From positions 31,062,001 through 31,126,000 of the forward strand of contig OZ024754.1 in NCBI GenBank assembly GCA_964016885.1: a DNA stretch of 64,000 bases, given 5' to 3'. The notes under the pieces were generated by a model, which was not told where the DNA came from, did not search any database, and worked only from the letters and a program-made list of their open reading frames with translations. Both the position numbers and the translations under genes were made by a program. The DNA is from Eledone cirrhosa (Eukaryota). Shown one piece after another: positions 14,145-26,954 of the stretch (the stretch's first letter is position 1; each line of letters starts with the position of its first letter).

Positions 14145-14452
14145 GATAATAATATAAAATACAAGGACGATTTGTTAAGCCTTCATTACGTTTATTGATT
14201 GATGATGCGCGTTTCGTTATTGAATAGCTCAAGGTTTGATTTGTATTGATCTGGGCCAATATGGATTTTATATATATATATAATAAAAAAGTATATATAA
14301 AACCGTAGAGCAAATATATATTATTATTAATACGGATTAAAGTTTGAACCTAAATATCGAGTGCTCACCTGGGTGAACCTACAGTAACTTCACATTACAC
14401 TACCTGATATATATATATATATATATATATAGTTATATATATATACACACAT

Positions 14453-14790
14453 ATCATCATCATTTCATTTTACGTCCGCTTTTCCCTGCTTGCAAGGGTG
14501 GGACGGGAACTGATTCTGGCTTTATTTCTACAGCTGGATGCCCTTCCTAACACCAACCTCATTTACAGTGAGTGCTGGGTGCTTTTTTGCCGTGGCACCT
14601 CCACGACCACTTTGCAGTGGAATAATATGGACCCCAGTCCCTATGATCTCATTTCTACAGCTGAGTAAACTGGAGCAATGTGAAATAAAGTGTCTTGCTC
14701 AAGGAAACAACACATCACCCGGTCTGAGAATTGAACTCACAACCTTTCGATTGCAAGGCCAATGCTCTAACCACTAAGCCATGTGCCTCC
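14453..14790 (-). mobile_element. SINE family S1
   Basis: Reverse-complement match to 7482-7816. Confidence 0.9.
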
Positions 14791-15027
14791 TATATATATA
14801 TATAAAACAAAATTTGTTTTCGCTCGTAACATGGTAGATACCTAAGTGTATTCGTGAATGAATAATAATTATAATATTATCCTAATATTAGTATTATTAT
14901 ATATATATATATATAGCAATAATAATTACGAAGACTAAAATCCAAAGTGGGCTCGATAAGGATTGTATATATATATATATATATATAATAAAAAAAGTAT
15001 ATATAAAACCGTAGAGCAAATATTTAT

Positions 15028-15220
15028 TGGTGAATTGGCAGTATCGGTAGATGGTCGGACGCCATGCTTTGACGCATAGAGTTACGGCCCTTGCCATTCT
15101 GAGTTCAAATCCCGCCGAGGTTAACTTTGCCTTTCATCCTTACGGGGTCGATAAAATAAAGTACCAGTAATGTACTGGGTAATTGCTGGCCTTGTGCCAA
15201 TAGTAGAAACAATTATTATT
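15028..15220 (+). mobile_element. tRNA-derived SINE family S2 (Nin/Deu-like core)
   Basis: TGGCAGTATCGG...GAGTTCAAATCCCGCCGAGG, core GCCTTTCATCCTTACGGGGTCGATAAAATAAAGTACCAG, (ATT)n tail. About 10 copies in the window. Confidence 0.88.
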
Positions 15221-15224
15221 AATT

Positions 15225-15520
15225 TGATATCTCAGTCATTGATGTTATTTAACCAGAAAATTTGCCCCAAGGAACATCAAACCATTACCTGAAGCCTCAG
15301 GTATTCAGGATGTATCGGAGGGTCCTTGCTGTTCCCAGTTGGCACACCTTTTGGAGTGTTCCTAAAAAGGGGGCTGCGCTAATGTTCTTTAACCAACCTT
15401 GGAAATACTTCCAGATAGTACCTAGAAATCCTATGACAATGAGGATGGCCTTGAACTCATGACAGTCCCAAATCTGTTTCAGTTCCCACTTTAGACCCTG
15501 GTACCAGTTAATTTTCTCCT
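15225..15520 (-). mobile_element. 3' fragment of R4/Dong-like retrotransposon
   Basis: Translates to EKINWYQGLKWELKQIW...LQKVCQLGTARTLRYIL; homologous to 21205-21500; flanked by (TAA)n. Confidence 0.8.
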
Positions 15521-15994
15521 TATAATTATTATTATTCTTATTGTTGTTATATATGATTTTATCCATTGATTTTGATAATCACCTTATTTAAGTACATTTT
15601 TTCCTTTCTTTTCTCCATATATATTTACAGCATTCCATTCGACCATATTAAAAGCCATTAATAATAATAACACACATGAATTTACTGGAGAATATTTGCG
15701 GGGACTTTAATATTGATAAGATGACCAATGAACGGCAACACCACATCTGACTCAACTCATTAAGGGAGAGAACATTATCAGTTGTAAAAGCTTTACCCAT
15801 CACCCCAGTACCAACATCACACAACTTGTCTAACTCATTAAACATGGTAAGTTATAACAGCTAAATAATAACTCCCTTCTAATAATTTCTGTTTAAGAGA
15901 AAAAAACAACAAAAAAACTGTTATATTAGTCATCTTATATAAACTTATAACTGGGTGTCTTCGGTAACTACACATACACATTCATGCATACATA

Positions 15995-16620
15995 TTCACA
16001 CACTCACATAAAGATACACACACACACACATATATACACACACTCGCACAAATACATACATAAAAATATATCCTCCCTCACGCATACGCACACACAAATA
16101 TATATATATACATGCACACACTAACTCATGCATATATTCACACACTCGCATAAATACATACATAAAAATATATCCTCCCTCACACATACGCACACACAAA
16201 TATATATATATATATATATATACATGCACACACTAACTTATGCATATATTCACACACTCGCATAAATACATACATAAAAATATATCCTCCCTCACACATA
16301 CGCACACACAAATATATATATATATATATATACATGCACACACTAACTTATGCATATATTCACACACTCGCATAAATACATACATAAAAATATATCCTCC
16401 CTCACACATACGCACACACAAATATATATATATATATATATATATACATGCACACACTAACTCATGCATATATTCACACACTCGCATAAATACATACATA
16501 AAAATATATCCTCTCTCACACATACGCACACACAAATATATATATATATATATATAGATGCACACACTAACTCCATGTATATATTCACACATTCGCATAA
16601 ATACATACATAAAAAAATAC
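15995..16620. repeat. ~120-bp tandem units containing variable (TA)n tracts
   Basis: CATGCACACACTAACTCATGCATATATTCACACACTCGCATAAATAC... recurs about 5 times. Confidence 0.85.
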
Positions 16621-17135
16621 CCTCTCGCTCGCACACGCACAAATATATATATCCATCTACATATATGTGCACATACATATACATATATCCATGTATAAAT
16701 AATACAAATATATATATATTGGTTGACACACATGTCATTTTAAATATTAATGAATGCATGATTGTAGGATCCTAGAATCACCAAAACCCAATGACTGGAA
16801 AAAGTGTGTATACATACATACATATGTGTGTGTGTGCATGCATATGCATTTTTTCTCAATTCTTTCCTCCTTTTTTCCTCTTCTCACTCTATCTTTCTAT
16901 TTCATCTTTTATTTCTCATTCTATCATCCGATGAAGGACTAGTGTCAAAAACGTTGAGACACTTTTCACATTATTTCAAGCGTTCAATTAATATATTTCT
17001 ACATTGCATTGTGTCGTTTACTTTATTATTTCTGTTTACTTTTTACATACATATTTATCTCAATACCCACTCAGCATCTCCCTATGCATTGAGTACTCCC
17101 ATGATTATTTGTCTCTCTGGGTTCAGCACCAGATA

Positions 17136-17169
<34 letters not shown>

Positions 17170-17262
17170 GACCAGCGGGTTCAATCAGGAGTAAACACAG
17201 TTAGTAAGGTACTCAATATATATATATATGTATATATATATATGTATGTATGTATATATATG

Positions 17263-17474
17263 TATGTAAAAGGTAAACAGAAATAACAGCACAATCGGTA
17301 CAGTATATGGAAGGTATATATTAGATTAACGCTTGATATAGCAGGAAGAGGGTCTTAACGTTTCAGATGCTAGTCCTTCATCAGAAGAAATAATGAGAAA
17401 TAAAATAGATCAATGGGACGGGCGGGATAGAATTGGAAAAAATGTCTTTAGATAAAAATAATAGGTCCATTCAT
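17263..17474 (-). mobile_element. (TA)n-embedded ~210-bp repeat with hammerhead core (family HA)
   Basis: The minus strand reads UCUU-CUGAUGA-A-GGA(cuagca)UCU-GAAACGUUAAGA. Near copy at 31125-31348; fragments at 16925-16965 and 51590-51682. Confidence 0.65.
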
Positions 17475-17509
17475 GTTGACATCTCTTGCAAAACATATAT
17501 ATATATATC

Positions 17510-17620
17510 AAGTTTAATATAGAAATGGCTTCTACAGGACTAGAACTGTTTCATTCAAAATATAACTTCTTTTGAATGAAACAGTTCTAGTCCTGTAGAA
17601 GCCATTTCTATATTAAACTT
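17510..17620. repeat. Fold-back palindrome (~51-bp arms) in (TA)n
   Basis: AAGTTTAATATAGAAATGGCTTCTACAGGACTAGAACTGTTTCATTCAAAA versus its reverse complement. Confidence 0.93.
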
Positions 17621-17632
17621 TATATATATATA

Positions 17633-17809
17633 TATAATTGAATATAAAAGAAAAACGAACACAGATATATACATATATGTGTTCAAATCGTAAGGGACCA
17701 GATTCGCTAAGGTGAAAAGAATACTAACACCTTAACGAATCTAGTCCCTTACCATTTGAACACATATATGTATATATCTGTGTTCGTTTTTCTTTTATAT
17801 TCAATTATA
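17633..17809. repeat. Fold-back palindrome (~82-bp arms)
   Basis: 17633-17714 versus 17728-17809, with about 4 mismatches. Confidence 0.92.
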
Positions 17810-17893
17810 ATATACGGCTAGGAAAAATCTCTTTCCTGGAGCTATTTTATTGTAAGAGACTATTTTGAGTTTCTAACTCAATATATACCTTTG

Positions 17894-17924
<31 letters not shown>

Positions 17925-17974
17925 GTTGAAGAGATAGATAGATAGGTAGATAGATAGATAGATAGATAGATAGA

Positions 17975-18353
17975 TATATTTCTTTATTAGCCACAGGGGC
18001 ACAAAAGAAGGGGACAAATACAAAGGGGGAAGTTTACATACAATAAAAACGTGTAAAATGTTATCACAGATGGAATTTAAAAGTTAGTCGATTTTCCCCA
18101 ATAGAGGGAGACAGTTTATATGGGTAACACATACCCCCGAAAAAAATGTGCAACCCTCATCTTCAGGAGTACGAAGAGCTTGTACTCCTTTCCTCTCCTC
18201 CTCCTTTTCCTCAATCTACAGGCTGATATAGAGAGAAGGCCCATTCACTCGGGCCATTCTCGCCACTTTCACCCACCTTTCATAAAACTTGCTGGGGTAC
18301 AGCACCTCTCTCTCCATCCCGACTCTTCTTCCAAAGTGGTATTTGAAAAAAAG

Positions 18354-18399
<46 letters not shown>

Positions 18400-18831
18400 G
18401 TAGATAGATAGGTAGATAGATAGATAGATAGATAGATAAATAGGTAGATAGATATATTTCTTTATTAGCCACAGGGGCACAAAAGAAGGGGACAAATACA
18501 AAGGGGGAAGTTTACATACAATAAAAACGTGTAAAATGTTATCACAGATGGAATTTAAAAGTTAGTCGATTTTCCCCAATAGAGGGAGACAGTTTATATG
18601 GGTAACACATACCCCCGAAAAAAATGTGCAACCCTCATCTTCAGGAGTACGAAGAGCTTGTACTCCTTTCCTCTCCTCCTCCTTTTCCTCAATCTACAGG
18701 CTGATATAGAGAGAAGGCCCATTCACTCGGGCCATTCTCGCCACTTTCACCCACCTTTCATAAAACTTGCTGGGGTACAGCACCTCTCTCTCCATCCCGA
18801 CTCTTCTTCCAAAGTGGTATTTGAAAAAAAG

Positions 18832-18832
<1 letters not shown>
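17975..18832 (-). mobile_element. Two tandem 3' fragments (478-bp period) of a Tx1/L1-like element separated by (GATA)n
   Basis: Identical ORFs at 18120 and 18598. Homologous to the 3' end of 18868-19640; the minus strand has AATAAA followed by (TATC)n. Confidence 0.85.
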
Positions 18833-18867
<35 letters not shown>

Positions 18868-18868
<1 letters not shown>

Positions 18869-19640
18869 TGTTTCTTTTATTTGCCACTAGGGCATCAAAA
18901 GTGGGACAAGTACAAAGGGGGGAGTTTACACAAAAAGGCGTCCTCAATAAGGAGGAGGCAATAACAAAATATAAAAATAAAATAAGATATAACAAAAAAT
19001 AAAATTTTTAACAAAATCCTCAATAGAGAGGAGGCGCCTTGGGGGGTCGCACACACCCCCGAAAAAAGTGTGCAACCCTTCTCCTCAGGAGCACAGAGAA
19101 GGGGTGCTCCCTTGGTCTTTCATCTTCCTCACCTATAGTCTGATGTAGAGTGAAGGCCCATTCACACGGGCCATTCTCGCCACTTTCACCCATCTTTCAT
19201 AGAAACGGCTGGGGTGCAGCACCTCTCTCTCCATCCTGATCCTTCTTCCGAAATGATATCGGAAGAAACGGACCAGTTGTTGGCCAGAGAGAAAGGTGCC
19301 TGACCTCAGTCCTTTCAGACGCGTCCACCATACAACCTCTTTCGCCATGGCTATTACGCACAGAAACACCGCCTCTGCTTCATCTTTGAAGGGGGGAGGC
19401 GGCTTGATCATTACAATAGACTCGGTGGTCAACCGGATCGGTCCCACCCTTGACAGCAGTTGTTCGACATAGCCCCACAGATCGGCTACGCCCGAGCAGT
19501 GTACCAATGCGTGTGCAACGGTTTCCTCGTCGCACACGCATCTGGGACAGATCTTTTTGGCGGGGTCCCTACCCGGGCGCCCGTGTCTGTAGAGCCTTTC
19601 TCGAACGGGTAAAGCCCCTCGGTAGCACTGCCAGGCCAGG
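18868..19640 (-). mobile_element. 5'-truncated Tx1/L1-clade non-LTR retrotransposon in (GATA)n
   Basis: C-terminal knuckle CPRCVCDEETVAHALVHC...LW in the zf-RVT-like region, followed by a 3'UTR; (GATA)n on both sides. Confidence 0.8.
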
Positions 19641-19718
19641 GATAGATAGATAGATAGGTAGATAGATAGGTAGATAGATAGATAGATAGATAGATAAATA
19701 GGTAGATAGATAGATAGG

Positions 19719-19764
<46 letters not shown>

Positions 19765-20742
19765 TGGGTGTTTTTGCTTGTATATATTTTGACTAATTAA
19801 TTTTATTAGTTATTTCTCATAAAAAGTATTCAATAAATCAATAACACCTATGTTTCCACTCCTTTTTACATCCTACTACCCACATTTATATATGTGTGTG
19901 TGTGTGTATCTGTCTGTGTGTGTCTCTGTCAGTGTGTCTGTCTGTCTGTGTTTCTGTGTGTTATTACCTGTTATTTTATATGCTGCTACTTTATTTGGCA
20001 GAGGATATTGCTTAGCTGGATGCAATTCCAAATTTACAGCACTTGAGAGTCAGTGTGTTACCTTAGAAATCTGTTTTTATTGCTAGTTAGTTCTCATCAG
20101 TTTAATAATGTACAATATTGTCACACAGAAATATATCAACTATAGTCAGACCAGAATCAGCTGTGGGGTGGGAGATAAACCAGATGGCATGGACACATGA
20201 TTTTGAGGGCACCTATTCCTTCATGTTTCATGACATGTAGGTACATCATGTTCACTACATATATGACGGCCAGCTGAAAAGTCCATAAATAACTTATAAT
20301 GAAAGAGATCTGAGAGAAATTAAATTAAGCAAGAAAAAAAAACAAAATACAAGGCAAAACTAAATCTACACAAAAGGGGGAGTGTATCTAGAGGATGAGG
20401 TAGGTACTTGATGAGTAACTGGATGGTAGGGCTACATTTAGGGGGTAACTGGTGGAGTATGTAGATGGAGGAGAGGGTGTCTGGGGGGGGGGGGGTCTAG
20501 CTGGGTGCAGTAAATTATAGAGTAGAGAAAGACAAGAAATTGAAAGTAAATATCATTAGATTTGTTCATAGTGGTGACTACAGCTGATTGGAATGTTGAG
20601 GACAAATGACAAATCACCAACAACTGACTTTACTGGACAGTAATAATTATAGGTACAAAGATGGTGGTGCTGGTGGTGGTGCTGGTGGTGGTGGCGCTGG
20701 TGGTGGTGGTGGTGGTGCTGGTGGTGATGGTGGTGGTGGTGG

Positions 20743-20773
<31 letters not shown>

Positions 20774-21199
20774 GGTGGTGCTGGTGGTGATGGTGGTGGT
20801 GATGGTGGTGGTGGTGGTGGTGATGGTGGTGCTGGTGGTGCTGGTGGTGATGGTGGTGCTGGTGGTGCTGGTGGTGGTGGTGGTGATGGTGGTGCTGGTG
20901 GTGGGAGTGTTAGTGTCAGTATACTCCTGTATAATACATTGTAGTAGGCACACTATAAATAGCAATACTGAGGAAGAGATGTGGAATAAACACACATAAA
21001 CTCACACACACACACGCACACATGCACACACACACACACGCACACATGCACACACACACACAGACACACACACATACACACATAAATAGGTTCAGGCATG
21101 GCTATGTAAGTTCCCTTCAACTCCCCCATCAGCAACTCTCTTCCACTATTGCCTTTGATTGAACAATTCATTGTGAGTGAAATATTATATTTGTATTAT

Positions 21200-22335
21200 T
21201 GTTCTTTGAGTCTCAGTCATTGATGTTATTTAACTGGAAAGTTTGTTGAAATGAATATCAAGCTGCTACCTGCAGCCTCACATATTCAGGACGTATCGGA
21301 GGGTTCTTGCTGTTCCCAGCAAGCATGCCTTTTGAAGTGATCCAAAAAGCGGGGGTGGACTAATCTTCTTTAACCATCCTTGGAAACTCTTTGAGATAGT
21401 ACCTAGTGCGCCTATGATAATCGAGACGACCTTGATTTCATGGCAGTTCCAAATCCTTTTTAACTCCTACTTTAAGTCCTGGTATCGGTTAATTTTCTCC
21501 TTCTCCTTATCTTGCACTCTTGTGTCAAAGGGGCAGGCCACATCTACAATCAGGCACAATATTTTTTCCTTGTCATGAACCACCAGGTCAGGTCTATTGA
21601 GTTCTAATGTCTTGTCTGTCTGTATCCTGAAATCCCATAGCACCTTCACTTGATCCTTTTCTATCACTGACTCTGGCTTATGCTCATACCACTTCTCAGA
21701 ATGTGGTAAATTATTTAGTTTGCGTAAATGCCAGTGAATCACCTTTCCTATTATATCATGCCTCCAGCCTTTATAGTGAATCTGGGCTATGTGTTTACAC
21801 TCGGATACAATGTGAGCCACAGTCTCCTCTCTCTCTCCACAGATCTTACTCAGTGAGCTAGCCTCCTCCTTGTCAATATGGTGTTTCACCCACTTCGTTC
21901 TGAGGGCTTGCTCTTGTGCAGCCATTAGCATTCCTTCTGTAGCTTTTTTAAGGTCTTCTCTTTTTAACCAGCTCCATGTCTGTGGATCTCTGAATTCCGT
22001 TTTCTTAAAGAAGGTACTATGAAGGGATTTTTCATGAAGGTTGCTCTTCCTCCTTGTTGTTATTGCCCCAGTGGACATCCCCTCTATTGTCTTCTCCTTC
22101 AGTACAACTTTGAGAATTGGCTCCCTACTGTCAGTCACATATTTGTGCAGACTGTTTTTCTCCATCTGAACACAGTCCTCTATGCTGATAAGACCTCTTC
22201 CACCTTCAGATCTCTTTAAGTAGAGTCTATCAACATCACTCCTCTTGTGGGACATTCTGTAGGTAGCCATTAGCTTCCTAGTCTTTCTATTCATTTCTTT
22301 TTGTTCAGTAACATTCCATTTCAGAATTCCCGCAT
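21200..22335 (-). mobile_element. 5'-truncated R4/Dong-clade non-LTR retrotransposon (RT thumb, zinc knuckle, restriction-like endonuclease)
   Basis: RLYLKRSEGGRGL, ICGEREETVAHIVSEC, WRHD, LWDFRIQTD..NRPD..D..K..RY motifs; an in-frame stop at 21467. Confidence 0.88.
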
Positions 22336-22897
22336 TGTACCTAATAATTGTTTCTACTATTGGCACAAGGCCAGCAATTATCCCGGCACATTACTGGTAC
22401 TTTTTACTGCACTTATGACATTCCTACTATTTAGATGTGATTTTAGTATGTCCCTTACTCTCCTTATGTATTCAGATCTTATCAATTCCTTCATTTATCG
22501 CTGCTTTCACCCTTTTCTGAGTACACCTTGTAAGGTGGTTGGCAATAAGAAGAGCACTCCACTGTAGAAAATATACCTAAAAGGGTTGAGGGCTATTCAG
22601 TTGTGTCTACGGCACAAAAACCTCTCTAGTGTTGGTGATCTACACAATAAATGCCCTTTGTACACAGTGTAAAGACATCAATGATAGGAAGGGCATCCAA
22701 GCTTGCAAAACAAAGAGTCAGGAGGACCCTCCAATTGTGTCAAAGATATAACAACCTCTCTGGTGCTGATGCTATGATAAAATACTCTTGGTAGAACGTG
22801 GAACCATATGTATATGTAAATGATATGCAAACAACCAGTACTGACCTGGTCTGTGTAGACCTCTCCAGCCCTTGCTAGCAGAGAAACTGTACAATAA

Positions 22898-22941
<44 letters not shown>

Positions 22942-23074
22942 ACATATATGTGTGTGTGTGTGTACATGTATTTGTATCCATGTATCTGTTTACGTTTTAC
23001 TGTTTGTTTATATCCCATAACTTAGCAGTTTCACAAACAGAGGTTGATAAAATCAGTACAGCAAATATATTGAC

Positions 23075-24815
23075 ATACAGATACTCACATACACACACAC
23101 GTCCATACACAAATATACACCACACGCACAGACACACACATACATATGCACAGACACAGACATACATATACACACAGACACATACATATACATACTCACA
23201 CACACACTTACACCACACCCACAAACACATACACACCCACAAACACACACATGCACACATACAGAGTAACTCACACACACACACATACATATACATATAG
23301 GCATAGACACACATGTACACAAACACACACACCCATACATACATATACAAATACACACACTCACATGCACATAACCCACCCACAATCACATACACACCTA
23401 CAAACACACATACACATTCACATACTCACACATGGAACCTCACATACCTACATACACACTCACATACACACCCACAAACACACATACAGACCCACAAACA
23501 CACATACACACCCACAAACACACATACACACACAAACAAACACACATACACACACAAACCCACATACACACAAACAAACACACATACACACACAAACAAA
23601 CACACATACACACAAACAAACACACATACACACACAAACAAACACACATACACACATACACACACAAACAAACACACATACACACATACACACACAAACA
23701 AACACACATACACACACAAACAAACACACATACACACAAACACACATACACACACAAACACACATACACACCCACACAAACACACACACACACAAACACA
23801 CATACACACACACAAACACACATACACAAACAAACACACATACACACACAAACACACATACACGCACAAACACACGAACACACATACACACACACATACA
23901 CACACAAACACACATACACACACACATACACACACAAACACACATACACACACAAACAAACACACATACACACACAAACACACATACACGCACAAACACA
24001 CGAACACACATACACACACACATACACACACATGCACACACACAAACACACATACACAAACAAACACACATACACACACAAACACACAAACACACACACA
24101 CACAAACACACATACACACACAAACACACATACACCCACAAACACACACAAACAAACACACATACGCGCACATACACACCCACAAACACATACACACACA
24201 CACAAACACACATACAAACACATACACACATACACACACAGAGAAAAGGGAAGAGGAAAAGTTTATAGAAATAAAATACAAAAGAAAACAATATAAGGTG
24301 GAAGTTAAAATATGTTTATTGTAACGAGTTATTGTAACGAGTTCTAATTAAAGACATTATTAAATATAGCTGTGTGTCTTGTGTGTGTCTGTCTGTGTAT
24401 GTGTGTATGTGTGCATCTGTCTGCATGTGTCTGTGCATGTGTGTTTGTGTGTGTGTATCTGTATCTGTGTTCGTGTGTATCTGAATGTGTATGTGTGTGT
24501 ATATGTGTGTGTGTACAAGTGTATGTGTGTGCAAGTGTGTGTACACATGTGTGTGTGTGTGTGTACATGTGTGTGTGTGTACATGTGTGTGTGTGTGCAA
24601 GTGTGTGTACATGTGTGTGTGTGTGTATCTGTGTGTGTGTGTGTGTACATGTGTATGTGTATGCAAGTGTGTGTACATGTGTGTGTGTATCTCTGTGTGT
24701 GTACATGTGTATGTGTGTGCAAGTGTGTGTACATGTGTGTGTGTGTACATGTGTGTGTGTATCTGTGTATGTGTGTGTGTGTGTGTGTGTACATGTGTAT
24801 GTGTGTGCAAGTGTG
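23075..24815. repeat. Long degenerate (CA)n then (TG)n tracts
   Basis: Directly visible; source of the His/Thr and Val/Cys ORFs. Confidence 0.95.
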
Positions 24816-24941
24816 GGTATTATGCTACAATTAAACTACATCAAAACACAGCAAACTAGTCTTTATTTAATTACTGAAACAAATACACAAAAACAACAAA
24901 TATACTATAATTAACTCTAACTTAGGCATAATTAGTGCCTT

Positions 24942-25005
<64 letters not shown>

Positions 25006-25144
25006 CATACACTCTTGCATGCATACACACACATATGTATGTGTATATATATGTGTGTGTGTATGTAGTGTTGTGGTATAAAAGTGGGAGGTTATATCTC
25101 TAGTAAGTAGAGCACTCTGTCAATAGAACGAGTTCGATATAGAC

Positions 25145-25271
25145 TTAGTTCCACAACAAATTAGCAAACTATAGTCGAGGACATGCATTTCATCCAATGG
25201 AATTTCGAATTGAAAACCCATTGGGTGAAACACACATCCTCAAGTATGGTTTGCTAATTTGTTGTGGAACT

Positions 25272-25273
<2 letters not shown>
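25145..25273. repeat. Diverged fold-back (~60-bp arms)
   Basis: TTAGTTCCACAACAAATTAGCAAAC versus GTTTGCTAATTTGTTGTGGAACTAA; GTGAAAC motif near the apex. Confidence 0.85.
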
Positions 25274-25336
<63 letters not shown>

Positions 25337-25426
25337 TAGAAGGGATATTTAATTTATTGGAAATACAACAAATATAAATGTTTATAACTGATTCAGAGCA
25401 CTCGACAGATTTCTGGAGTAAATATT

Positions 25427-25726
25427 CAATGATATTAAATAAATGGAAACTATATTTATTAAACCATATTTATTCTATTATATATATTTCAAGGGTACCA
25501 AAAAACTTTGGTACGCTTTCATTAGATACAATACAAAGAGTGTTTTATAAATTTTGACAAATTCAACTGATAAGGTATGATTTCCTTGGCTATGTCAAAA
25601 TTTATAAAACACTCTTTGTATTATATCTGATGAAAGTGTACCAAAGTTTTTTTGGTACCCTTGAAATATATATAATAGAATAAATATGGTTTTATAAATA
25701 TAGTTTCCATTTATTTAATATCATTG
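25427..25726. repeat. Fold-back element (~133-bp arms, 33-bp spacer), family HB
   Basis: 25427-25559 versus 25593-25726; homologous to 42755-43140. Confidence 0.94.
25619..25682 (+). ncRNA. Type I hammerhead ribozyme (candidate)
   Basis: UAUUAUAU-CUGAUGA-AAG.GUACCAAAG(uuu)UUUGGUAC.CUU-GAAA-UAUAUA-UA|AUAGAAUA. Confidence 0.68.
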
Positions 25727-25752
25727 TATATACATATATATATATATATATA

Positions 25753-26030
25753 TCATCATCATCATCATCATCATCATCATCGTTTAACGTCTATCTTCCA
25801 CGCTTGCATGGGTTTGGACGGGAATTTTCCCACTTGAGGCAAAATTGGTTGTCTTGCTCGTATAGGACTGTCTGGCGGGTTTTCTACAGCTGGATGCCCT
25901 TCCTAACACCAACCATGTTTACAGTGTGGACTGGGAGGTTTTTACTGTGTTACCTACACATTACAGCGTGGACTGTGTGTTTTTTTTTTGTCGTGACACC
26001 TACACGACCTCATTTATTTCGGACTGGATG
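25753..26030 (-). mobile_element. RTE-type 3' end or SINE tail with (GAT)n
   Basis: Shares CTACAGCTGGATGCCCTTCCTAACACCAAC with S1. Copies at 32775-33046 and 41660-41890. Confidence 0.7.
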
Positions 26031-26169
26031 TTGTGGTACCAACATAGCTTTACATCGAAAGGGGTGGTGTGGATGGGGTGGGGGTAGTGGGACGGGGGTG
26101 TATTTTTGTTAGAGGTGCCTACTGACTGTAGTAGGTTTCACTTTGTACTTAGGCAAGGCGGGTCTTCTG

Positions 26170-26209
<40 letters not shown>

Positions 26210-26384
26210 CTGGTACTTTATTTTATCGACCCCATAAGGATGAAAGGCAAAGTTATATATATAATAAAATTATATATATATTATATATATATTATATATA
26301 TATAATGTAGGTAGTACGGTGAAATATTGGGGCTGGTACCACATCAAGAATTCTTCACAGAGTGTATATAATAGAAAAAAATTA

Positions 26385-26613
26385 GGAAGTTTTGTTTACA
26401 TATGAAAAATATTTGTGTATCGACTTGTTACGTACGTTTCACAGAGGATCGGCTGAAGGTGTCCCATAGGAGTTATGGACCTGACTCCAGTATCGATCTG
26501 CTCCTCAGACTAGTGATGCAACAAAGGATATATCTTTTGCCGCCAATCCTCTGTGAAACACGCGGAACAGGTCGATACACAATAAATATTTTTCACATGT
26601 AAATGAAACTTCC
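26385..26613. repeat. Diverged inverted repeat (~70-bp arms)
   Basis: 26385-26455 versus 26540-26613. The left arm on the minus strand reads GAAAC-GUAC-GUA. Confidence 0.82.
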
Positions 26614-26626
26614 TTGTTTTTTCTAT

Positions 26627-26663
<37 letters not shown>

Positions 26664-26954
26664 CCTGTTTTAATGGTGGTGGTGGTGGTGGCGGTAGTTA
26701 TAATGGTGCTGATAATTATAGGGGTTATGATGATGCTGATGATGTTGGTGGTGGTAGTGGTGGTGGATATGATGATGCTGATAATGATGATGATGAAAAA
26801 ATGATTTCAAACTGATGTGAAAACTAATGTAATGAAGATAATTTAGATATTATTGATTTACACTAATTAAATTATTATAGCATAATTAATTTAATTAGTG
26901 TAAACTGTCATGCTCCTTGAAAACTTCCAGAGGTCATTTTTTGGATGTAAGATG

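Noticed and set aside
14538-14777. Recurrent 79-aa ORF MPFLTPTSF...
   Set aside because: Antisense reading of SINE S1 copies.
15690-15840. ICGDFNID endonuclease-like motif
   Set aside because: A single short motif followed by stops; insufficient to call an element.
23146-24914. Long His/Thr and Val/Cys ORFs
   Set aside because: Translations of degenerate (CA)n/(TG)n. The same applies to the poly-G/V/I/Y/H ORFs throughout the track.
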